Shown: piece by piece, positions 27,191-35,155 of the stretch
How positions within the stretch are numbered: position 1 is the first letter of the stretch
How the letters are laid out: each line of letters opens with the position of its first letter
Translations under genes and position numbers: made by a program
DNA from: Eubacteriales bacterium
GTDB lineage: Bacteria; Bacillota; Clostridia; Oscillospirales; CAG-272
Direction of reading: 5' to 3'
DNA length: 64,000 bases
Assembly: GCA_045533775.1 (NCBI GenBank)
Contig: JAZSIK010000024.1
Span: 5,510-69,509, forward strand
Notes under the pieces: generated by a model
What the model saw: only the letters and a program-made list of their open reading frames with translations
Databases searched by the model: none
Told to the model about the DNA's origin: nothing

Positions 27191-28737
27191 ATTTTACTTT
27201 GTTTGGGTGTATTATTTGTATAATGAAACAGTAAAAAAACACTTGATATTTGATAGTAAAAACTACCATTTTTAAGGCAAAAAACGTACCGTGATGTTTA
27301 TTTTATTATATTTTTCAAGGATTTTTGACCGTTTATGACATATTTTGATAAAAATGATATATTAGTAAATTATGCTTGTTAAGGGATAGACACTTCGTAT
27401 CAGAACAAACAATGAAAGTCGGTTGATGAATCTTTTTTAACAAAGCATCAGACGTTTGCTTAAAAAAACTTTTATCCTTTAATTAAAATAACAACTTAAT
27501 AATATAACAATAATAAAGTTTTCTTATATTATTTTTGTATTATTAATATAGAGAAGTTTATGACGGAGCTAATAAGTATAATTGAATAGACTCGCGGTGA
27601 GTAAATGCTTATACTAATAAATCTTGTACCTGATCTGGTTAAGTCTATCCTGAACTTGTTTTTTTCTCGGGGTGAAAAAAAGTCTTTCTTTTGTCATCGC
27701 CGATTCTTTATACAAGATAAAAGAATATTACTTCTTAATAGAATTAAAAAATGATAGTAGATTATACTCGTTTAATTTGTGCCATCTCATGTGTCATCTC
27801 ATTAATGAAAATTGATCATAATAGCAAGAGAATTATTCTAATAAAAAAACATTTTTATATCATCAAAGTGTTGCGCTTTTATGCACTAAAATATAGGGCA
27901 AATTATTGTAATTTTATATTGGAAAAATATAAGTTAGATATTCAGAAAAATCTGTATAAAAAACATCCGAAAATAATTTACTCTCTTAATTAGTAGTTTG
28001 TAAAAACAAGTAAAAAACTACATCAAAAAAGTTGTATTTATATATCAAAAAAACAGTCCTGTTTTCAAATCTTTCTGTCTGGAAATATTCCCTTACGAAG
28101 ATAATGAGAGCCTGACTGTGTTATTCCTTTTCGGCTTCTTTATTTGATTTGCCATCAATAAGGGTAAAAAAGAGGGGAAATAGCCAAAAACCTAAACAAT
28201 TGTTTACGATAAAAAGTTTTGAAAAGTTCATAATAATCTGCAAAAACTTTGAAATTAATAGAAAAATACTAAAAAAAACGAAAAAAGTTTGAAAAAATCC
28301 GAAAAGTTCGGTCAAAAATCAGAATCAAAGCTCTCTTTTTGAAAATGAACGGATTATTTATTCTTGTTTTTATCTCTTTTTGATCAAAATGTTCTTTTTT
28401 TGGTTTTTTTCTGTTTTTCACCCTTTAACGCTACCATTTTGAGCCCTAAAACACCTTGAATCATCTAAAAAATCAAGTCTTTTTGCCTGTATTTGTTCTG
28501 CAAATCACTCCATTATTTTTTGTTGCTAAGTATAATTATCTCGGTTGTAGTATCTGTTGCTACTTTGTTTTTAATCTTAATTTTTTTGATCTGTTTTTTC
28601 CTTCACTTTGGTGCATTTTCAGATGTTTTCCTCGGTGCTTTTTTCGTTATTCTACAGACTTTTTTTCCTTCTTTGTATGCTATTTTGGTATGCTTTTTTA
28701 TTCATTTTTTTGAGTTATTGTTTTCTTATCTTTCAAT
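27191..28737. other. 1.55-kb AT-rich region with no credible ORF, between convergent terminators
   Basis: Only four short low-complexity ORFs (60-123 aa, Phe/Leu/Ile/Lys-rich, no RBS). Composition contrasts sharply with the flanking genes. The plus strand is A-rich up to about 28330 and T-rich from 28330 to 28737. Confidence 0.6.
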
Positions 28738-28770
28738 AAAAAAATCGGGTGATTTTACACCCGATTTTTT
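28738..28770. terminator. Bidirectional terminator (serves glyA)
   Basis: AAAAAAATCGGGTG-loop-CACCCGATTTTTT, with A- and T-tracts on both sides. Confidence 0.85.
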
Positions 28771-28778
28771 ATGCTTTT

Positions 28779-30023
28779 TTACTCGTAAAGAGGGTACTTT
28801 CTGCAGAGGGCATTTACCCTTGCTTTTGCCTCCTCGGCATTTCCTTCAAAGTCGGAAAGTGTGAGAGAAATAATCCTTGCCACCTCTCTCATATCATCCT
28901 CGCCAAAGCCTCTGGTCGTTACAGCCGCCGTACCAAGACGAAGTCCGCTTGTAACGAAGGGCTTCTGTGTGTCAAAGGGAATGGCATTCTTGTTACAGGT
29001 AATTCCAACCTCGTCAAGCATATGCTCAGCCTCTTTACCTGTATCAACCTTCATTCCTGTAAGGTCAAGGAGCAGTAAATGGTTATCCGTTCCGCCCGAA
29101 ACCAGCTTAAAGCCCTCTTTTTCAAGCTCCGAGGCAAGCACGCTGCAGTTTTTTACTACATTTTTGGCATATTCCTTGAAGCTTGGCTTAAGTGCCTCAC
29201 CAAAGCATACCGCCTTTGCCGCGATAGTATGCATCAGAGGACCTCCCTGCGTGCCGGGGAATATGGATTTATCAATTTTCTTTGCAATTTCCTCGTCATT
29301 TGAGAGAATAAGACCGCCTCTCGGACCGCGCAGAGTTTTATGAGTGGTTGTTGTGGTTACGTGAGCGTAGGGAACAGGCGAGGGATGAGCTCCCGCGGCT
29401 ACAAGCCCCGCAATATGAGCCATATCAACCATCAGATATGCGCCAACCTCGTCTGCGATCTCGCGGAATCGCTTGAAATCAATGATTCTGGGGTATGCGG
29501 AGGCTCCTGCCAGGATCAACTTAGGCTTGGACTCAAGGGCAAGCCGTCTAACCTCGTCATAATCTATCACTCCGCCCTCGCGTGTTACACCGTAGGGCAC
29601 AATATTCCAGTATTTTCCCGAAATATTTACAGGCGAACCGTGGCTCAGATGTCCGCCGTGGGCAAGATTCATAGACAAAACGGTATCTCCCGTCTCAAGC
29701 AGAGCGAAAAATACAGCCATATTTGCCTGTGCGCCCGAGTGAGGCTGCACATTGGCATATCCTGCGCCAAAAAGCTCCTTGGCGCGCTCAATAGCTATGC
29801 TTTCAACCGTATCAACGTGCTCGCATCCACCGTAATATCTCCTGCCGGGATAGCCCTCAGCGTATTTGTTTGTCAGCGTTGTTCCGTTAGCCTCCATCAC
29901 AACCTCGGATACAAAGTTCTCGGAGGCAATCAGCTCTATTTTATTCCTCTGTCTGTTTGTTTCGCTTGTAATTGCTTCATAGAGACGAGGATCGTTTTCC
30001 TTAATAAGATTGTACTCTCTCAT
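28779..30023 (-). CDS. glyA: Serine hydroxymethyltransferase
   Basis: 414 aa; PLP-lysine motif [14 protein letters not shown]. Confidence 0.97.
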   Translation of the reverse strand: MREYNLIKENDPRLYEAITSETNRQRNKIELIASENFVSEVVMEANGTTLTNKYAEGYPGRRYYGGCEHVDTVESIAIERAKELFGAGYANVQPHSGAQANMAVFFALLETGDTVLSMNLAHGGHLSHGSPVNISGKYWNIVPYGVTREGGVIDYDEVRRLALESKPKLILAGASAYPRIIDFKRFREIADEVGAYLMVDMAHIAGLVAAGAHPSPVPYAHVTTTTTHKTLRGPRGGLILSNDEEIAKKIDKSIFPGTQGGPLMHTIAAKAVCFGEALKPSFKEYAKNVVKNCSVLASELEKEGFKLVSGGTDNHLLLLDLTGMKVDTGKEAEHMLDEVGITCNKNAIPFDTQKPFVTSGLRLGTAAVTTRGFGEDDMREVARIISLTLSDFEGNAEEAKARVNALCRKYPLYE

Positions 30024-30081
30024 TTTTGCATTTCTCCTGTTTTTTACGCTAAAATTCGCGTTTTATCATTGTTTTGTTATA

Positions 30082-30624
30082 TTATTTGCCTGACATTTCC
30101 CGCCTTTGAGCAAGATAGGTCCGTCTCACCTCGGTGATAAATCTTTGTACCCGCTCGGACTGATAATCACGGTATGTCCAGGGCAGCTTCTGCCATCCAC
30201 CCCTCGCCCAGAACAGAGTCAGCTCTGTGTATATTCCGTCAGAGAGCGGGATCCTGAAGCCGGTTTCCTTTGTGGTAGCCAGAAGGAGTCTGCCGTGATT
30301 GATAAAGCCGGGATCAAGGTTGATCCTCCGCTTGCCGTCTATACTGAACTTGGCTTCAATGGCGTTAGTTCTGGTCTTTATCTCTGCCTGCCTTGTGGGG
30401 TCAATCAGCTGCTTGAAGCTGTATATTCTCCTCAGCCCCTCGCCGCCAAGCTCGTCATCATAATAGGTTGAAAACTCCTCGGAGAAGGAAAACTCCTCAC
30501 TCATAGCCTCAATCTCGCCGAACTCCTCTGTGAGAATACGAAGCGCACTCTCAAGCACCTGCGGCTCGTGATAAATTATTCCTATAATAAGCTTTTCTTT
30601 TTCAAAGTCGTATATTGCGCCCAT
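30082..30624 (-). CDS. DUF4416 family protein
   Basis: ORF track 30082..30666; the internal Met at 30624 is the likelier start. Motifs RINLDPGFI, LLLATTK, WTYRDY resemble DUF4416. Family assignment is from memory. Confidence 0.65.
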   Translation of the reverse strand: MGAIYDFEKEKLIIGIIYHEPQVLESALRILTEEFGEIEAMSEEFSFSEEFSTYYDDELGGEGLRRIYSFKQLIDPTRQAEIKTRTNAIEAKFSIDGKRRINLDPGFINHGRLLLATTKETGFRIPLSDGIYTELTLFWARGGWQKLPWTYRDYQSERVQRFITEVRRTYLAQRREMSGK

Positions 30625-30726
30625 TTTCTCACCGCCTTTGTCATACATTATAATATATTTTGACACTTAAGTCAAGCAAAAAGCATGATGACAAATAATT
30701 ATTTTCTATGAGGGCAAAATATAACT

Positions 30727-31365
30727 ATGAAATATATCGGTAATTCATTAAAAAAACTGTATAACCTTGTTGATTCTCCTACCGCCAGAGTTTTAGCCCT
30801 GCTTTTCGGTGGCTCGCTGATGAACCTTATTTATATCACTACAAACGCCGCCTCTGCGATCCTATATCACAGCCTTTGGTCTGCGACCCTTACGGTTTAT
30901 CATCTGACGCTGATCATTATTAGAGTTTCGCTCCTTTTCTTTGGTAGATCCTACTCCGAGGGCAAAGGCGGGCGGCACATATGCTTTCGCGTAGGAATCC
31001 TGCTTTTGTTTCTTGATCTGGTGTCAGCGATAATTATGATATACTCCATCCGTCGTGGCAGCTATGTCAGTTATTCCGGTTTGTTTCTGCTCGGATTTCT
31101 CGCCTTTACCGTATACTCGCTGATTCGCTCTGCTATGGAAATACGGCGCAATCGCGACGGAGCAGATCATCTTTACTTTACGGCAAAAAACATCTCGCTC
31201 TCCACCTCGCTTATGTCTGTTTTTAATCTCCAGTACTCTCTGCTTTCATTTCTCGGCGCAGATTCCACACTGACGGGCAGAGCAATACTTCTGTGTGGTT
31301 TTTCTGTGTTTTCAATCATCCTTATCCTGTCTCTGAGATTGATGAAAAGGGGGCTTTCACAGTAG
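30727..31365 (+). CDS. Hypothetical multi-pass membrane protein
   Basis: 212 aa with about 6 hydrophobic helices; no recognised family. Confidence 0.6.
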   Translation: MKYIGNSLKKLYNLVDSPTARVLALLFGGSLMNLIYITTNAASAILYHSLWSATLTVYHLTLIIIRVSLLFFGRSYSEGKGGRHICFRVGILLLFLDLVSAIIMIYSIRRGSYVSYSGLFLLGFLAFTVYSLIRSAMEIRRNRDGADHLYFTAKNISLSTSLMSVFNLQYSLLSFLGADSTLTGRAILLCGFSVFSIILILSLRLMKRGLSQ

Positions 31366-31443
31366 CAGATTTTGACGAAAAAGCGTATACTGTTTATAGC
31401 GGATAAATATAATATCCGTAAAAACAACAAGGAAATATTAAAA

Positions 31444-31707
31444 ATGGACAAAAATGAGAACGGTTATCCCCTTTGCTGCACCGATAAGCTTGGTGGAATG
31501 ACCGCAGCCTGTCAGAACGGTGTAACAGACGATACAAACGGACAGGGCTGCGGCGGTGAGGGCGGATGCCTTGACGGAATGCCCCTCGCCTATGTTTATG
31601 CGCCCGATCAGAGATTTCGTATGCTCTATACGGCAAACGACGCTCTGACCCACGGCACACTCTTTGAGGAGTTATATAAGCCTATGGAGGTGTATGGCCG
31701 TGAATAA
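31444..31707 (+). CDS. cotJA: Spore coat-associated protein CotJA
   Basis: ORF track 31372..31707; ATG 31444 follows AAGGAAA. LAYVYAPDQRF...GTLFEELYKP motif; sits directly upstream of cotJB/cotJC. Confidence 0.8.
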   Translation: MDKNENGYPLCCTDKLGGMTAACQNGVTDDTNGQGCGGEGGCLDGMPLAYVYAPDQRFRMLYTANDALTHGTLFEELYKPMEVYGRE

Positions 31708-32044
31708 AGCGAGAAATAATACAACTACACCCCGTACCGAAAACAGGGCGGGGCACAACCCCGGCGGAACACCCCTTACGGGCAGCCTTGCCGAACAGAT
31801 AAGAGCCCTCTGCTTTGTAAAAACAGAGCTTGAGCTCTACCTTGACACTCATCCCAGATGCCGCACCGCTCTTGACTATTATTTCCAGACGGTTGAGGAG
31901 CTGAAACGGCTGACCGAGCTTTATGAAAATACCGTCGGTCCCCTGACTGCGATGGGAAATGTCAGCACAGAGGGCTGGAAATGGGTAGACGGCCCCTGGC
32001 CCTGGCAGCAGGCAGGCGACTTTATGAGAGAGGGGGAGAGATAA
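31694..32044 (+). CDS. cotJB: Spore coat protein CotJB
   Basis: ELELYLDTHPRCRTALDYY...GPWPW typical CotJB. Start is ATG 31694 or GTG 31700, after GGAGG. Confidence 0.8.
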   Translation: MAVNKARNNTTTPRTENRAGHNPGGTPLTGSLAEQIRALCFVKTELELYLDTHPRCRTALDYYFQTVEELKRLTELYENTVGPLTAMGNVSTEGWKWVDGPWPWQQAGDFMREGER

Positions 32045-32047
32045 TCT

Positions 32048-32599
32048 ATGTGGATATATCAGAAACAGCTTCAGCACCCGGTAAAGATTGAGAGACCCAA
32101 TCCTCGCCTTGCAAGTGTAATAATCACCGCACTTGGCGGCCCCGACGGAGAGACCGGCGCGGCAATGCGCTATCTTAACCAGCGCTACACTATGCCCGAC
32201 GGCAGAGTAGTCGGCATCCTGACCGACGTGGGTACCGAGGAAATGGGTCACCAGGAGATGGTAGCCAGCATTGTTTATCAGCTCACCCGCAACCTCACTC
32301 CCGACGAGATTATAGCAGGCGGCTTTGATAAATATTACGTTGACCACGGCGCAGGCATATTCCCCGCTTCCGCATCGGGAATGCCCTTTAACGCGGCATC
32401 TATCGCATCCAAGGAGGATGCCCTCGCCTCCATTCACGAGGACCTGGCGGCAGAGCAGAAGGCAAGAGCAATGTATGACAACATTCTCCGCCTCTCCGAT
32501 GACCCCGACGTCAACGACGTCATCCGTTTCCTCCGCCAGCGCGAGATCGTCCACTTCCAGCGCTTCGGCGAAGCTATGGAGATTTTGAAAAACAAGTAG
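32048..32599 (+). CDS. cotJC: Spore coat protein CotJC (manganese-catalase-like ferritin fold)
   Basis: GETGAAMRYLNQRY, EEMGHQEMV, LAAEQKARA, RFLRQREIVHFQRF di-metal motifs. Confidence 0.9.
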   Translation: MWIYQKQLQHPVKIERPNPRLASVIITALGGPDGETGAAMRYLNQRYTMPDGRVVGILTDVGTEEMGHQEMVASIVYQLTRNLTPDEIIAGGFDKYYVDHGAGIFPASASGMPFNAASIASKEDALASIHEDLAAEQKARAMYDNILRLSDDPDVNDVIRFLRQREIVHFQRFGEAMEILKNK

Positions 32600-32613
32600 T
32601 TTTTCAAAATCAA

Positions 32614-32690
32614 TGCCGCAGGCAATTCATGACGGCTCTGCCGTCAATTCATGCACTTCGTGCAATTCATGAGCCAACGGCTCAATTCAT
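32614..32690 (+). repeat. Four tandem units of a variable short hairpin plus conserved CAATTCAT
   Basis: TGCC-gca-GGCA, GACGG-ctctg-CCGTC, GCAC-ttc-GTGC and GAGCC-aac-GGCTC, each followed by (C)AATTCAT. CAATTCAT occurs at 32623, 32645, 32663 and 32683. Confidence 0.75.
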
Positions 32691-32700
32691 CATAAAAACA

Positions 32701-32755
32701 GGGCGGTTTGAGAAATCAAATCGCTCTTTACTTTTTTGTGTGGGTGTGGTATAAT
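32701..32755 (+). promoter_or_regulatory. Cassette junction module 1 (type-1 terminator hairpin plus promoter)
   Basis: GCGGTTTGA-gaaa-TCAAATCGC hairpin, then TTTACT (32727-32732), a 17-nt spacer containing GGGTGTGG, and TGgTATAAT (32747-32755). Confidence 0.7.
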
Positions 32756-32784
32756 ATAGTTACAAAAAGAATGGAGGATGGCTT

Positions 32785-33516
32785 ATGAATGCTGAAAATG
32801 AAATCAGAGAGTTTCTTTTAGGTAATACAGATATAGTTGCTTTCCGCGAAAAGTATGATAGCAATAATGAAATCAATGATTTTTTGCAGAACATTGTAGA
32901 TACTTGCATTTCATCCGATAGAGGATTTATTCCTACTCCTAGATTTTTTAGAAATGAAACAGTTTTCCACCATCATTATTTATACTGTTTTGCTCAACCA
33001 GACCTCTATCCCGGATTTGTATATGGTGATGATTCTTTTGTGTCCGTGCGGAACTTTCTCACGAAGGAATGGCGTATGCTCACGCATAATGTGAGAACTG
33101 CCAGTGGTGCGTGGGCATTCTATGATGGAGTATTTGATATTTTCTATCAGTATGATCAATCTATTGAATATCGTGGACAGAAATACGAACAAGCATATTG
33201 TTATGCATTGGATGTAATTCCGCAGTATTTAAGTGGTGGACAAGCAGAAATGTATATTCAGGAACATATTATTCCTCTTTTTCTTGATACAATGCCAAAA
33301 ACTCGTAGAATAAAAGAAACCAAGGCTCGTATTCGCCAAGAGTTTAAGAGCGAAAAGGGATATCCTTGCTGGGTACAATCTTCCGATTGGCCTTTAGGCA
33401 AAGACGGTAAGCCTATGACTTATGTTAAAAAAGGGAAACGCGATGGTGATAGGCACAGTTGGATATTCCGCGACGAAAACACAGGAGAACATACCATCGT
33501 AGAGCAATTTGAATGA
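32785..33516 (+). CDS. Hypothetical protein (cassette cargo A)
   Basis: 243 aa; GGAGG RBS at 32774-32778. AT-rich codon usage (GAA/AAA/TTA) unlike the neighbouring genes; no family recognised. Confidence 0.65.
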   Translation: MNAENEIREFLLGNTDIVAFREKYDSNNEINDFLQNIVDTCISSDRGFIPTPRFFRNETVFHHHYLYCFAQPDLYPGFVYGDDSFVSVRNFLTKEWRMLTHNVRTASGAWAFYDGVFDIFYQYDQSIEYRGQKYEQAYCYALDVIPQYLSGGQAEMYIQEHIIPLFLDTMPKTRRIKETKARIRQEFKSEKGYPCWVQSSDWPLGKDGKPMTYVKKGKRDGDRHSWIFRDENTGEHTIVEQFE

Positions 33517-33519
33517 TTG

Positions 33520-33584
33520 ATAAAACACTTCATGTTGACTGTATTGGCGAAGCTATGGAGATCTTGAAAGGCAAGAAATTCTAA
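33520..33584 (+). pseudogene. Relic of the 3-prime end of a cotJC-like gene
   Basis: 33546-33569 GGCGAAGCTATGGAGATCTTGAAA matches cotJC 32567-32590 with 1 mismatch. In frame it reads ...GEAMEILKGKKF-stop, against cotJC ...FGEAMEILKNK-stop. Confidence 0.55.
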
Positions 33585-33585
33585 A

Positions 33586-33650
33586 TAAGCCTTCCCCTTG
33601 GGGAAGGTGGCATACGCCCATTGCGAGTATGACGGATGAGGTAAAAAACA
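33586..33650 (+). repeat. Multi-hairpin intergenic repeat R1, copy a
   Basis: 65 nt with 3 mismatches to 35091-35155. Contains hairpins CCTTCCC...GGGAAGG and CATACGC...GCGAGTATG. With the following hairpin, the repeat extends to about 92 nt. Confidence 0.8.
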
Positions 33651-33707
33651 GGGCGGTTTGATTAGTCAAATCGTCCTATTTACTTTTTGAAATGGGTGTG
33701 GTATAAT
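33651..33707 (+). promoter_or_regulatory. Cassette junction module 2 (type-1 hairpin plus promoter)
   Basis: GGCGGTTTGA-ttag-TCAAATCGTC hairpin (10 bp, two of them G-U pairs), TTTACT (33679-33684), 17-nt spacer with GGGTGTGG, TATAAT (33702-33707). Confidence 0.7.
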
Positions 33708-33737
33708 GTAAAAAAAGTCCAAAAGGGAGCAATTAAT

Positions 33738-34319
33738 ATGAACACCATGCGTGAAAAGATAATTAACTCAACATTTGATTATTCACAACCTTGGTTTTAC
33801 AGAAATAAATTAGCTTTAAGATGCGAGCTGGGAATAGGCAAAGGCAAAAATTATATGGATAATGCCATAGATAGAGCAATGAAAATTGCTAATTTTTTAT
33901 TTGAAAATAAGAAAATAGATGCAGCGTTTTACGATGAATATTTTATTGATGGCAAAGCATGCGAGGTTGGCAATTTTGAAATAAAAATTGATGAAATAAT
34001 CAATCTTGACATGGACGTGTTACATAGTATAGATCTAATAGACGAAGATATTGAAATAGTAAAAAGATATATTTCATATGATATTGATTTCGCAGTCTTT
34101 GAAGGTATTATAAAGAATCAAATAGATAATCAGTATTCACCTTTGGTTAGTTTCGTTTCATTTGACAATCAATTTATATTTTCCGTTTATGATGACAGGG
34201 GATGTGATATTGTTTTCTTTTCCGAGGATAAGTACAAGGAGTTTTATGATAAATTAGAGCCGTATTTTTTGGATTACGATAGAACTACGATGAAAAATAC
34301 ATACAATTCTCTGAATTAG
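33738..34319 (+). CDS. Hypothetical protein, possibly DUF3885-like (cassette cargo B)
   Basis: ORF track 33687..34319 would include the promoter; ATG 33738 follows AAGGGAG. C-terminal SVYDDRGCDIVFFS...FLDYDR resembles DUF3885 (from memory, unverified). Very AT-rich. Confidence 0.65.
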   Translation: MNTMREKIINSTFDYSQPWFYRNKLALRCELGIGKGKNYMDNAIDRAMKIANFLFENKKIDAAFYDEYFIDGKACEVGNFEIKIDEIINLDMDVLHSIDLIDEDIEIVKRYISYDIDFAVFEGIIKNQIDNQYSPLVSFVSFDNQFIFSVYDDRGCDIVFFSEDKYKEFYDKLEPYFLDYDRTTMKNTYNSLN

Positions 34320-34346
34320 ACGCGAAAATACTTCATCCTGATAACA

Positions 34347-34402
34347 GGGCGGATCCAAAAACGAGCCGCCCTATTTACTTTTTTGCGTGGGTGTGGTATA
34401 AT
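34347..34402 (+). promoter_or_regulatory. Cassette junction module 3 (type-2 hairpin plus promoter)
   Basis: GGGCGGATC-caaaaac-GAGCCGCCC hairpin, TTTACT (34374-34379), 17-nt spacer with GGGTGTGG, TATAAT (34397-34402). Confidence 0.7.
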
Positions 34403-34436
34403 TAATATAATCTATCAGTTCAGGGGGATTCATTTT

Positions 34437-35090
34437 GTGAGTAAAGAGACATATGATTTTTTAAACAACCACTTTAATTCTTTTGAAAAGATTTATAATG
34501 AAAGTAAAGATTGCATTGAGATAGTAAAGCCACAGAATGAGTGTAAGATTATAGTTGACTACATTCCCGAAGATGATTTTAGTCCTTACTTAGTATCATG
34601 GTCATATCAACATAGACATTTAGTTGATGAGGACGATGTTATTGAATATGTAAATGAAATAATAAATTGTAAAGTTTATGCAATTGAATGTTTTAAAGGG
34701 GATACAGCTGTATTTGGAGGCGAAATCAGGATAGATGATTTTGAAGATTTCTCATACGAAACACTGGAAAAGTGGTCAGGAGATTTCGGTCTTACTAAAC
34801 TGTTAGATTGTGTTGATACAGTTAAGGTTAGATTTTGGAACGGTGGATTTGATGCAACAATCGCATACGATAAAGATGGAAAACCAACTGTTGTTTTACA
34901 ATGTGATGAATGTGGAAGTAAGTTTATTAAAGCTAAATCAAAAATGATGTCGCTTTGTCCCGAGTGTGCACATATTCTCTTTGGTTATGAAAATTGCAAT
35001 CATCAATTCAAGGACGGCAAATGCGAATTGTGTCATTGGGACGGAAGTAGAAGCGATTACATAAAAAAGTTGGTGGAAAACAATAAATAA
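34437..35090 (+). CDS. Hypothetical protein with C-terminal Cys/His zinc-ribbon (cassette cargo C)
   Basis: ORF track 34383..35090 would include the promoter; GTG 34437 follows AGGGGGA. C-terminus CDECGSKF...CPECAH...CNH...CELCH. Confidence 0.6.
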   Translation: MSKETYDFLNNHFNSFEKIYNESKDCIEIVKPQNECKIIVDYIPEDDFSPYLVSWSYQHRHLVDEDDVIEYVNEIINCKVYAIECFKGDTAVFGGEIRIDDFEDFSYETLEKWSGDFGLTKLLDCVDTVKVRFWNGGFDATIAYDKDGKPTVVLQCDECGSKFIKAKSKMMSLCPECAHILFGYENCNHQFKDGKCELCHWDGSRSDYIKKLVENNK

Positions 35091-35155
35091 TAAGCCTTCC
35101 CTTTGGGGAAGGTGGCATACGAGCATTGCGAGTATGACGGATGAGGTAAAAAACA
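35091..35155 (+). repeat. Multi-hairpin intergenic repeat R1, copy b
   Basis: Near-identical to 33586-33650 (3 mismatches in 65 nt); starts right at the stop codon of the preceding gene. Confidence 0.8.

Noticed and set aside
27191-28737. Possibility that the AT-rich block is a replication origin or a CRISPR leader/array.
   Set aside because: No DnaA-box (TTATCCACA/TGTGGATAA) matches were seen and there is no dnaA/dnaN nearby. There are no regularly spaced direct repeats of 24-40 nt and no cas genes.
27751-28864. Four ORFs inside the AT-rich block (27751-27993 +, 28121-28315 -, 28456-28713 +, 28493-28864 +).
   Set aside because: Their translations are Phe/Leu/Ile/Lys-rich, as expected from T- or A-runs. 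None has a Shine-Dalgarno sequence. One runs through the glyA terminator into glyA antisense. A small hydrophobic peptide cannot be fully excluded, but there is no positive evidence for one.
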